Notes: generated by a model from the sequence alone, not told the origin. DNA of 64,000 nt from Blastocladiella emersonii ATCC 22665 (GCA_025594325.1 JANHCV010000007.1:1860001-1924000), one strand, 5' to 3'; positions 50,819 to 60,758 are shown, numbered from the stretch's first letter. A program made the numbers and translations.

Positions 50819-52333
50819 ATGTCAGACAAGCGGCCCATGGACCCGCCCGCCTACGACGACGGCTCGCCCGCCTCGTCAACCACGGCCCTCCTCCCGCCTT
50901 CCTCTCCCCACAGCGCCCCGCCGCCGCCGTGGTCGCCGTCCGATGAGGCCCGCCCGCTGCTCGTCGGCCCGCCGCCCGTCCCGGCCGCCGCCGCCGCCCA
51001 GCACCACCATCGCTACTACCCGCCAGCACACGATGCGGCGCCCGTCCCACCATCGTTCGTCGCCTCGGCCGTCCTCCGCCTCAAGCACGCCGTCACGCGC
51101 GTCCTCGTCTTCATGGGCAGCGCCATTGCCGTGTGCTGCGGGATTGCCTGCCTCACCGTGATCCTCGCTCTCGTCACCGCGGGGTCCATGTTCCGCGGCG
51201 GCGGCAGCAGCGGCTGGGCCGGCGACGATGGCGACTCGCACCACGTCGACGGCGTGGCGTGGTCGTGCGCCGCGCTCCAGCCCATCACCGCGTTTCGCGC
51301 TTCGTGGCGCATCGACGCCACGGCGGCTGAAATCGACAAGAGCGACGCGGTCGTCCGCGGCTTCGACCTCCAGGTCAAGGGCATCGCCGACGGCATGACC
51401 CGCTTCCGCGGCCTCGACCTCGACCTGCCCGACGGCGCCGTCGCCGACATTGCCCTGTCGGTCCACGTCTCGCACGCCGCCCTGCGCGACCTCGTCTTCG
51501 TTGACGCGAGCGCCCTCGACGACGGCACGTGGAAGCTCGTTGCGCAGACCCCCGAGCGCCGTGACGTGGCCGGCATCATCCGCTCCGGCCCAGTCTGCGT
51601 CGCCGCCTCGCTCAACGTCACCCTCGTCCCGCCGCCATCGTCGTCGCGCCACGGCGCCGTCCCCGCCCAGGCTGCTGCCGCGCCCTTCATCCACTCCATG
51701 GTCGTCCACACCGTGAACGGCGACCAGGTCCTCGAGCCCGCGACCGGCCGCGCCCCACGCGCCATCGGCGCCGTCGGCAACCTCACCCTCGCCACCACCA
51801 ACGGCGCCATCTCGCTCGCCGCCCCGCACCCGTGGACCGTGCCCGGCCGCCTCGACGTCGAGTCGACCAACGGCAAGGTCACCGTCGACGGCCCGCTCCG
51901 CGTGGGCGCGCGCGCCGCCGCCCAGACGTCCAACGGCGCCGTCTCCATGACCGCCGAGCCCATTTCCCCAGGATCCGTGCTCGGCGTCGCCACCACCAAC
52001 GGCCACGCACATCTCCGCATCCCCGGCGCGCGCCCCGGCACCGTCGCCCGCGCGTCCTCGACCAACGGCGACGCCGCGGTCACGCTCGTCCCCGCGCGCG
52101 ACCTCGACCTCATCGAGGCCAAGGCGTCCACCACCATGGGCTCCGCCAAGGTCATGTCCGCCGCCCAGGGATGGCCGCGCCGCACTACGCGTGGGTCCCG
52201 CTGGATCGGCGGCACCGCGCGCGATAACTTTGAGCGCCGGCTGCCCTCGAGTGATGGCGACTCGGCGCCCGCGCGGATCACCGTCGACACGACCCACGGC
52301 AGCGCGATCGCGTCGATTGCGGATGCCGTCTGA
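50819..52333 (+). CDS. Type II membrane protein with DUF4097/putative-adhesin-like beta-strand repeats
   Basis: N-terminal PPAY motif; TM segment near VLVFMGSAIAVCCGIACLTVILALV; repeats TVNGD, TTNGA, STNGK, TSNGA, TTNGH, STNGD, TTMGS, TTHGS. Confidence 0.75.
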   Translation: MSDKRPMDPPAYDDGSPASSTTALLPPSSPHSAPPPPWSPSDEARPLLVGPPPVPAAAAAQHHHRYYPPAHDAAPVPPSFVASAVLRLKHAVTRVLVFMGSAIAVCCGIACLTVILALVTAGSMFRGGGSSGWAGDDGDSHHVDGVAWSCAALQPITAFRASWRIDATAAEIDKSDAVVRGFDLQVKGIADGMTRFRGLDLDLPDGAVADIALSVHVSHAALRDLVFVDASALDDGTWKLVAQTPERRDVAGIIRSGPVCVAASLNVTLVPPPSSSRHGAVPAQAAAAPFIHSMVVHTVNGDQVLEPATGRAPRAIGAVGNLTLATTNGAISLAAPHPWTVPGRLDVESTNGKVTVDGPLRVGARAAAQTSNGAVSMTAEPISPGSVLGVATTNGHAHLRIPGARPGTVARASSTNGDAAVTLVPARDLDLIEAKASTTMGSAKVMSAAQGWPRRTTRGSRWIGGTARDNFERRLPSSDGDSAPARITVDTTHGSAIASIADAV

Positions 52334-52882
52334 GCTGATCGGATCGACCGTTGAGGCGAGGCGGCCCAAGGGCCGCGATGTTCATTGAAAGTCATTTTGT
52401 GTGTGCAGTACATCCACATTCCCGCTGTAACGAAAGTGTTTCCCGCGCGCGCGTACGAGCTCGATCGCGACTTGGGCACTGTGTCTCCCTACGCTCGTCC
52501 CTGCGCTCGCCGAGAGATCGCGGGCGGACTCGAATAGCTCACGCCTCCGCCAGCTTAAACGAATCCAGGAAACCATGAATCACGCTGGCCGACAGCAAGT
52601 CGCAGTTCGGATCGGCGGGCCAGCTCGAGATTCCGCGGCTCGGGTTCTTGGCGTCTGTCGCACCGGGTCTTGGACTGGGGCTGGCAACCAACGGGCTACG
52701 ATCACACTCGGCTTCCGCCACGACGACGGCCCACAACTCGGACTCGGGACTCGTGTTCCCGCCGCCGCTGTCGCCCTTGATGCGGCCGCCGCCAGTCAGA
52801 TGGATTACGAGGCCGGGCGACGCGCCGTCCGAATGATAGAGTCAAGCTGATCGGTTGAGCTGACTGCCGTGTGCTCGCGTCG

Positions 52883-53744
52883 TAGCTACGGCGAGGGCCT
52901 CAAGCTGTCGATTGCCGCGCTGACGTACCTCCGCGTCGTGCGCAACAGGCACCTCAAGCTCGGTCGATTCGAGTGGCGGCTTCACGCTGGCATCTCGGTC
53001 ACCATGGGATCCGTGATCTTGATCGGCCTCTGGCTGAACTCATTTGGCTTCTCGGGCTACTGGTACGTTCTCAAGATACTGTGGAGGACGGGTTCCGGGA
53101 CTATCGAGTACCCTTCACGCATAGGTCAATGACGACGCCAAGAACAGTCGGCAGGCTTGCCATGAACATCGGTGGCCGAAATCTTCGGGACCCTGTTCTC
53201 TTTCGTCTCTATCGTGCGCACCATCAACGCGCAGTCGAACGAGGTGATGCGCGCTACGACCGGGATCCAGGGCCTCATCAAGGCCACCGGCCGCGTCTCC
53301 ACGTTTGGCAACCGGAGCGCCGGAGCGAACAGCTCGACGAGCGGGACCAGCAGCGCGCTGGCGTCCAGCAGCGCGCTGAGCAACGGGCGCACGTTCTCGG
53401 TCCGAACATCGAGCTCAGCCCTCGTTTCGCCTCAACAGCTCGCCGTCGCGCAGTACTTGACCACGTCCATCTTTCTGAACCTCGTCCTGTACCTGCCCTT
53501 TCTTGCGGCGTGGACGGTTCACAACGTGTACTTGTTCCAAGGAACTGTCGAACCGGTTTCAGCGCTGTGGTGTTCTTTCGTCGTTAACTTGTGCGGAACC
53601 TCCAATTGCGGCGTGTTCCTGTACAACCGCATGCTGTGGAGGCGAGCAGCCGAGCAAAAGGCCGAGGAGAAAAACGAGCTTGTGGACGCGAGCCCAAGCT
53701 TTATCAAGGCGTTGACCACGCCGCGCCAGTTGAGGCCACAATAG
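52883..53744 (+). pseudogene. 5'-truncated, frameshifted GPCR-like paralogue 1
   Basis: Homology to the next gene starts only at YGE(G/C)LK. Same intron position (53063-53124). A deletion and frameshift near 53170 removes the FTVLFTI segment. Confidence 0.75.
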
Positions 53745-53803
53745 ATATTCATTACAGTAGAACTATGCGTGTGACCCGAAAAAAACGAGGCGAACGCGTT
53801 GCG

Positions 53804-53830
53804 GTGCGAGACGCGCCGGGATATCACGTG
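53804..53830 (+). promoter_or_regulatory. Bipartite motif upstream of GPCR-like paralogue 2 (GTGCGAGACG-N8-TATCACGTG)
   Basis: Perfect match, ~140 bp upstream of ATG 53969, same orientation relative to the gene as in the array. Confidence 0.65.
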
Positions 53831-53968
53831 AGGTGAGACATCTTTGTTTCGGCCGCGAGACGCGCCTCGCGATCGGGCCCGGCATTTGTGCTTCGGCTGC
53901 TCCTGTTCCGCTTCGAGCACTAATGGAACTTAGGATCGATGATGCTGATCACATGAAGACTACCCGCA

Positions 53969-55227
53969 ATGTTTGAAAGCTTCCCCGTCTTACAGCTGCT
54001 GCCCGAGATGTCCAACTCGATGGGTGGCGGCCAGGACGCGCTGACTTTTCACATCGTGCGAAGTGCCGCAATCTTTTTCTACACAATATCCGCCATTGGA
54101 TCCTTTTACGTTATCCTGTCGGTGCTTTGGTCCGGGAACAAGTTCTCGCTTGCCAATCTTGAGCGAGCCGACCTCGCAGACCGCTTTGGGACCTACATCG
54201 CGATCAGCGACCTTTTTCGATCACTCGTTCGCTCGGGCGATGACTTCTACGCGTTCTCTACCCGCCGCATACCGCCGGACCAGGTCGCTGCCGCCCTGGG
54301 CGCACCGTTCTTGTTCTGTATCTGCTACGGCGAGTGCTTGAAGTTCTCGGTGGCCGCGTTCACGTACATCCGCGTCGTGAAGAACCGGCAGCTCAAGCTC
54401 GGGCGCTTCGAGTGGTTGATGCACGCTGTGATCACGGGCATGTTGGGGTTCGTCATGGTCGTCGGAGTCTGGTTTCAGTCATTTGGCTTCGCTGGATACT
54501 GGTACGACGGGGACCAAGCATTCAAGTTTGATCGCTAACGTCAAAGCTCTGGTTCCGTAGGTCAATGACAACTCCGAGGACGGTCGGAGGGCTTGCCATG
54601 AACATATTCACGGTGCTCTTCACAATCTCCGAGTTCATTGGGATGACCTTCTTCTACTCCCGCATCGTACGGATCATGAACGCGCAGTCCGAGGAGGTTA
54701 ATCGGGCGACTTCGGGCATGCATTCGCTAATTCGGACTTCTGTCCGGCTTTCGTCCTTCGGCAAACGCAGCCCGGTGGCCACCATGGCCGGGAGCGGGAC
54801 TGTCGGAGTCCAAACTCTCAGCAGCACGGCCAGCGCTTCGCAGGATAGCCGACTCAACCTCTCGCTCCGCCAGTCCAGCTCGGTACTCATCAGCCCCCAG
54901 CAGCTTGCCGTGACGCGCTATCTCGTCTCGTCCATCTACCTAAACTTGATTCTCTATGTCCCATTCATCGTTGGCTGGACCGCTCACAACGTGTTCCTTC
55001 TCGCTTCGCCGTCGGTGGTTGAACCGTTCTCCGCGCTGGTCTCGACGATCTTCGTCAATATTTGTGGCGCGTCGAACTGCGGCGTATTCCTCTACAATCG
55101 GATGCTCCGACGGCGCGCGGCCGACGAGCTGGCGCGGAGCAAAACTGCGCTCGTTAGTGCCAGTCTCAGCTTTATCGCGTCTCCGGTAAGTAATCCGGTA
55201 AGCAAAGCCCCTGTGGCTCGACAGTAA
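53969..55227 (+). CDS. Git3/cAMP-receptor-like 7TM protein, paralogue 2; intron 54502-54560; last codons and stop supplied by the Merlin TIR
   Basis: DRFGTYIAISDLF, TYIRVV...LGRFEW, FGFAGYW, YVPFIVGW and NCGVFLYNR. The stop TAA at 55225-55227 lies inside the TIR starting at 55215. Confidence 0.75.
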
Positions 55228-55522
55228 ACGGTCCCCACCAGCGATGACGTCACTCCCGAACGCGTCGAAACGCGTCAAAAAAATCCACCCCGCTTAGTGA
55301 ACTAAGGGCCCGTTTGGTTCAGATCAGGTGGAGCAGCTGAAAAAGTTGCCACGTTTCACCTCACCCCCGTTCATCTCAGCGGCCGTGCGAACCAAACGCC
55401 CCGCTGGATGAACGCCCCTCCCCCTCCCCGCAATAAAATCTTTCCCACCTCTTTGCAGCCGCACTTATTGCAACGAATCAACACCTAACCTCACGCATCG
55501 TGTTCTCGAGCCCTCAAACAAC

Positions 55523-56838
55523 ATGGGCAAGGGATACAACCGCAAGCTGCGCGGCCTCATGCTCGCGGCCGCCCTCGCTCTCCTGCGACGTCTCGCTGCG
55601 CGCAACGAGCGCCGCTCGTGGGAGCCTATCCGCACGTCCACGCTTTCTGGCGAGTCGTGGGTTCAAGAGCTGCTGACGTGCAACAGCGAAACGCGTTTTT
55701 CGGAAATCGCCCGTATGCCCCGCGAGACCTTCAAGGCCATCTGCCGCCCGTTCCGCGACCGTGGCCTTCTCGCCGACGGCCGCGAGCTGTCCGTCGAGGC
55801 GCTTCATGGTTTTTCTTGTCATGGCCGGCGAGGGCAGCACCAACCGCAACCTCAGGGAGCGGTTCCAAATCTCTGGCGAGACCGCGTCCAGGGTTCTGAA
55901 GCAGGTGCTCGACGCTCTGTACCGCCTGATGCCCGAGTTCATTGTCCAGCCGTCCGATTCTACGCCCGTGCATGAGCGCATCGCCCACGACCCGAAATAC
56001 GCTCCGTTCCAGAACGCGGTCGGCGCGCTTGACGGAACGCACATCCCGTTTGTTGTGCCCGCCAAGCTTCACGACTCGTTCCGAAACCGCAAGGGGACCA
56101 TCTCCTCAAATGTCCTCGCTGCCTGCGACTTTGACTTGAACTTCACCTACGTTCTCGCAGGGTGGGAGGGCAAGGCGCACGACTCGCGCGTGCTCTCGGA
56201 CGCCTTCGCCCGTGGGTTCAAGATCCCCGCCGGCCGCTTCTACCTCGCCGACGGCGGCTACGCAAACCGCACGTCCATCATCGTGCCCTTCCGCGGTACC
56301 CGCTATCATCTTCGCGAGTTTGCCCGCGGCAAGGATGGGTACGTTCTCACTGCCATGACCATCACGTTGGGGCCATCTCATCCGCTTCATCAACGTACGT
56401 AGAGTTAAGAACCGCGAGGAGCTTTTCAATCTGCGTCACGCGTCGCTCCGCAACTCTGTTGAGCGTATCTTTGGCGTGCTCAAGAAGCGGTTCCGCGTCC
56501 TCTCGATTGGCGCGGCCTACCCAATCAAGACTCAAGTCAAGCTTGTGTACGCGCTCTGCACGCTGCACAACATGATCAACAAGTGGAACCAAGGCGGCGA
56601 CGCCTTCTTTCGCGACGCCGAGACGGAGCTCCGGCGCGCGCGGGACGCGGCGCGTGAGGCGCGTGTGTGTGGGCGCGAGCCCCTGAACGACGAGAACGAG
56701 GAGGACGACGAGGCCGCTGTCCTCGAGGCCTCGCTGGAAGGAGCTCGTCAGCGCGGTATCTCGCTTCGGAACCGCATCGCAAATGTTCTTTGGACCGAGT
56801 ACAGGCGCGTCATGGCCGCTCGTGGGACCCATCTTTGA
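55523..56838 (+). pseudogene. Harbinger transposase, copy 2 (same frameshift at ~55799, same intron)
   Basis: Same translation products as copy 1. Confidence 0.88.
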
Positions 56839-56956
56839 AGGCGCGAAATAATTGTTGTACCCGCATGCATGCTGTAATATACTGATTTGTCAAGTACTAT
56901 AATGTTATATAAGCGATTCTAGATGATTTGACGCGTCGCTGAGGTCAGAACGCATC

Positions 56957-56983
56957 GGTGGAGACGCGTCGATCAATCACGTG
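56957..56983 (+). promoter_or_regulatory. Bipartite motif inside Harbinger copy 2
   Basis: Identical to 3542-3568. Confidence 0.4.
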
Positions 56984-57151
56984 ACGTGTGAGACACTTTG
57001 CGAACCACGCGTTTCTCAACGAGTCGCGTCATTTTCGAGCCAAGGGTAACGATTGAAGATACGATGGACACAAAGCCAGATGTATTGGACACAAATGGGC
57101 GAGAACAAGGCCAGGAAGCAACGCGAGGGGAGGGGGACATGTGCGAGTGAG

Positions 57152-57616
57152 CTACTGAATGAAAATCTCGAGGATGCGCTTGCGCTTCGATTCGGACACG
57201 GCCATGACGCGAAGCGCTTGATCCTCGGTCAGGCGGGTGGCGACGTCGATCTGGTACTCTTCATTGTCGTTGTACGCGTCCTGGACCCATTCAAGTGCGG
57301 CGGTCAGGACGGGCTTGGAGTCGGCGGTCGCGACGCTCTGGAACACCTCCTTGATGCCCATGAGGAATTCCGAGTCCGAGAGGCGACGCGAGCTGCTGTC
57401 CGAAGTGCGGCTGCGCTTGCTGGCGGGGGCCGCGTCGTCTTGACCATCGACACCTTCCACGTCACCAGACTCCTTGCCGTCCTGCTCGAGGTGCGAGTAC
57501 TCGCCGGTGGTGGTCGAGCCGCCCCACGAAGGAAAACAGCGTTTATATAGGCCGGGAAGCACAGCCTGAAGGTTTCGGGGGCGAGCAGACGGGCAATTCA
57601 GCGACGAGGGTTCCAT
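57152..57616 (-). CDS. Harbinger accessory ORF remnant, copy 2
   Basis: Identical to 3737-4201. Confidence 0.55.
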   Translation of the reverse strand: MEPSSLNCPSARPRNLQAVLPGLYKRCFPSWGGSTTTGEYSHLEQDGKESGDVEGVDGQDDAAPASKRSRTSDSSSRRLSDSEFLMGIKEVFQSVATADSKPVLTAALEWVQDAYNDNEEYQIDVATRLTEDQALRVMAVSESKRKRILEIFIQ

Positions 57617-57828
57617 TCAGCTCATCCGGGGGTCGACCCAAACGCCGCGATGAACGCGACGGGGTGAAAATGCCACGTTTCAGCTGGGTGAACACCGGAC
57701 CGTGTAAAATCGATTGATCCACCTGATTCACCCCGGAACCAAACGGGCCCTAAATTGAAGTCCCGCGTTCCCACCACCGCCAAACAATTAATCTGGCTTT
57801 CCTGAGGGACCCAGACCCTCTTAACTCC

Positions 57829-59110
57829 ATGCAACGTGCTCAATTCCGCGATCTGCCGCCAGAGGTGCAGGAGCGCTTGCGCGAAATTTATGCGGCTCGC
57901 AGGGCGGCCCGTCTTGAGCATGACCGTGGCGAGAAGGCGTTCGTCCGCGAGCGCCTCAAGACCGCCGTGGCCACCAACCGCATCATGACGCTCAAGACGC
58001 TCTTCCAGCGGACCTCTTCGCGAACCGCGGCCGTGGACCTTGCGCATGAAGTTGGCCTATTGCACATGAATCCCGCTCACGCTCCTCTCTGCCACAAGTG
58101 CCAGCAGCCCATGGAGCTTCAGACCGACAACCGTGAGCGCGGTCACGGCCGTAAATGGCGGTGTAACCGCAGGCTTGGCTGTGTCAAGTGCTCCGCGGAG
58201 CGCTCTATCATGAACGGCACATGGATGGAGCGGTTCCAGCTCACCATGGCCTCGATGCTGCTGATCATCTTCTACTGGGCCGCCAAAATCCCGGTCTCGA
58301 CGGCCGCGCACCCACAGTGGTCAGATGTCAGCGAGAAGACCATCGGAAAGCTGTATATGAAGCTGCGCGAGGTCTGCTTCCACCTGTACGCGGCGCAGGA
58401 GCCACTCGGCGGTCCTGGCCGCGAGGTTGAGCTCGACGAAGCACATTTTGGCCATCCCAAGAACCAGGTCGGCAGCCGCCAAGGTCGCTCAGACATCTGG
58501 GTGTTTGGCGGCATCCAGCGGCAGCTCGATCATGGTGACCCGCCGCGTTTCTTTGCGTTTATTGTGGGCGACCGGAAGCGTGCAACGCTTCTTCCTATCA
58601 TCAAGGCCATGGTCGCGCCGGGTACCACCATCCACACGGACCGCTGGCGCGCGTACGACACGCTCGGCGAGCACGGCTACACCCACGTTTCCGTGAACCA
58701 CAGCGAACTTTGTCGATCCCGAGTCAGGCTCCTGTACGAACAAGGTCGAGGCCCGCTGGCGCACGCTCAAGCACCACGCGCTTCCGCGCGGCTGCACGCG
58801 CAAGAAGTACAAGCACTACTACTTTGCCGAGCACTGGTTCCGACTGCAGCACCGCGGCGAGGACACTTTCTACGCCATCTGCAACGCGATCCGCGACCTT
58901 TGGGCGAACGGGCGTCCCGCTGATCCAGTCTTCCCCTTCCCGTTTGACGTTGCAGACGGAGTTCCAGGAAACCCCGACCTCGCTGACGTCTCGCTCTCGG
59001 ACGACGAGGACGAGGACCCGCTGCGGGCGCAAGATCGCGAGCTCTCGTACGACAGCGAGCCCGAGGCTGGTACAATCGAGATTGACAGCGATGAGGAATA
59101 CCTGCCGTGA
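57829..59110 (+). pseudogene. Merlin/ISXO2-like DDE transposase with a frameshift at ~58705
   Basis: Zn-ribbon CHKC...WRC...C; VELDEAHFG; WVFGGI; IHTDRWRAY; VNHS. In the next frame: NFVDPESGSCTNKVEARWRTLK...to TGA at 59108-59110. Confidence 0.9.
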
Positions 59111-59397
59111 GTCTCTAGTTTGTCTATATTTATTGTTTAATATCTGCTCTCTATTGATCCGCCTTTCTTATTGATCTCTTTTGCCGTTCATTAATTGTTT
59201 GGCGGTGGTGGGAACGCGGGACTTCAATTTAGTTCACTAAGCGGGGTGGATTTTTTTTGACGCGTTTCGACGCGTTCGGGAGTGACGTCATCGCTGGTGG
59301 GGACCGTTTACTGTCGAGCCGCGCCGGTAACTCCTCAATAGACTGTGATTCGATCTCAGCAAAGTGATTGAGGGGTTGACGGACCTGCGCTGCCGCG

Positions 59398-59424
59398 ACC
59401 GTGGACGCGTTTTGATATCACGTG
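59398..59424 (+). promoter_or_regulatory. Partial bipartite motif upstream of GPCR-like paralogue 3 (GACG-N8-TATCACGTG, followed by GTGAGACA as at 53833)
   Basis: Spacing is conserved, and the downstream flank is shared with the paralogue 2 promoter. Confidence 0.45.
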
Positions 59425-59531
59425 ATGTGAGACACGCGTGCGAGACATGACCGCGAGCAGCCAATTTCGGGCGGTGCTCGCTCCCACTCTCCGTTGAAGG
59501 GGCACAACATGTAGCATTGTTTAAAGAAACC

Positions 59532-60758
59532 ATGGATGCTTCACTTTCTGCAACACGTTCGTGGTTTGTACCCGTTGGCGAGATCCGGCCAAGCGCCTCT
59601 GCCATCGTCGGCGGCCACGTCGAGATATTTTGGTTCCTGCGCATTACGGTGGCCGTATTCACCTGGGTCTCGGCGCTCGCATCCGCCCTTGTCATCCGCA
59701 GTGTCATCCAGCGAACGGGCACAAGGACGTGGCGGAGCTTGGCGCGAGCCGACTTCTCGGTCCGATTTCCAATCCACAGCGCGGTGTGGGATCTTCTCTT
59801 TGCTTTGTCCAAGATGCCCGACGACATGTATGTGCTGAGGACGCAAACTCTGCCGCCGCACGACGTCGCCGTCTTCCACGGTGTGCTTTACACGGTGGCC
59901 ATCGGCACGCGTCAAGCGATCTACGCATTCCTCCCGATCTTGACGTACTTGGGAGTTTCCCGAGGCGTGGTAATCGACCTCGGCCCCTGGGACTGGAAGC
60001 TTCACTTGCTGAGTGTCAGCTCGGCGCTTTCCATCGTGATCCCTGTCGCGTTGCTCGATGGACTTGGAAATTCCGGCTACTGGACAGTCGCTCGGAACGA
60101 TACGACTGCCGGAAACTTCTATAATCTCTACGGCCTACTCATGGGGCTCATGACGACTGCGAGCACGGCGTACTGCTACCGCAAGGTCCTGCAGAGCGTC
60201 GCCGAGACTTCGGCGCAGGTGGGCAGCGCGATCAACACGCTCACGGCCGAGATCCTTCCTTCAAGTGCTCCCAAGAGCGATACGGCTACCTCAAGCACAG
60301 GGGGTGCGGATAGTCAAGCAAGCAACGGCAGTCGGAATTTCAAGAAACGGCCGACGCCCGCCGCCGTGACGTGCCTGTCCACGCATATCTGGTGGGCGAT
60401 GCTTCACAACTTGCCATTCACGCTCGCGTGGACGGTCCACACGCTGCTCTTGATCTTTGGCCACGTCGTCGAGCCCGCTTCGGCGGTCGTGTCGAGCTTG
60501 ACCATCAACTGCGTCGGTCTGGTCGACGCGCTCGTCCACTTTTCCACCGTGCGGATCAAGACGCGCGCCAAGGCACTCTCGACCCACGGATCTGTGACAG
60601 CATCACAGTTTGCCACGGCGTCGTTCCTCATGCCGCTCGGGTCTGGCGTCGACACATCGCTCGCGCCGGCGATGAAGGCCTCATCGTCGCTCAAGCTCAA
60701 CGAGCCATCATCCGAACACAAGGACTTGATGATCATGGCCACCGTGCGACCTCAATGA
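59532..60758 (+). CDS. Git3/cAMP-receptor-like 7TM protein, paralogue 3 (intronless)
   Basis: RFPIHSAVWDLL, IDLGPWDWKLH, GNSGYW, HNLPFTLAW and VDALVHF. Ends RPQ like paralogue 1. Confidence 0.75.
   Translation: MDASLSATRSWFVPVGEIRPSASAIVGGHVEIFWFLRITVAVFTWVSALASALVIRSVIQRTGTRTWRSLARADFSVRFPIHSAVWDLLFALSKMPDDMYVLRTQTLPPHDVAVFHGVLYTVAIGTRQAIYAFLPILTYLGVSRGVVIDLGPWDWKLHLLSVSSALSIVIPVALLDGLGNSGYWTVARNDTTAGNFYNLYGLLMGLMTTASTAYCYRKVLQSVAETSAQVGSAINTLTAEILPSSAPKSDTATSSTGGADSQASNGSRNFKKRPTPAAVTCLSTHIWWAMLHNLPFTLAWTVHTLLLIFGHVVEPASAVVSSLTINCVGLVDALVHFSTVRIKTRAKALSTHGSVTASQFATASFLMPLGSGVDTSLAPAMKASSSLKLNEPSSEHKDLMIMATVRPQ

Larger units (their letters stand above)
55306..57750 (+). mobile_element. PIF/Harbinger DNA transposon, copy 2, nested in the Merlin left TIR
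   Basis: Same TIRs and 2445-bp length as copy 1. TSD TAA at 55303-55305 and 57751-57753. Only two substitutions found by eye versus copy 1 (1918/55333 and 2780/56195). Confidence 0.95.
55215..59320 (+). mobile_element. Merlin (IS1595/ISXO2-like) DNA transposon, ~1.66 kb without its nested insert
   Basis: ~130-bp TIRs starting GGCTCGACAGTAAACGG: left = 55215-55305 plus 57754-57792, right = 59190-59320. The only difference seen is A7 versus T8. The 8-bp flanks are GCCCCTGT and GCGCCGGT. Confidence 0.9.

Noticed and set aside
1891-57750. A single 56-kb composite (macro-)transposon bounded by the outer Harbinger TIRs
   Set aside because: Each copy has its own matched TSD (TTA/TTA and TAA/TAA) and the outer flanks differ, indicating two independent insertions.
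57829-59110. Bacterial IS1595 contamination or recent horizontal transfer
   Set aside because: The element is embedded in an intron-containing fungal-type gene. Long TIRs and an 8-bp target fit eukaryotic Merlin elements, which share the ISXO2-like DDE domain.
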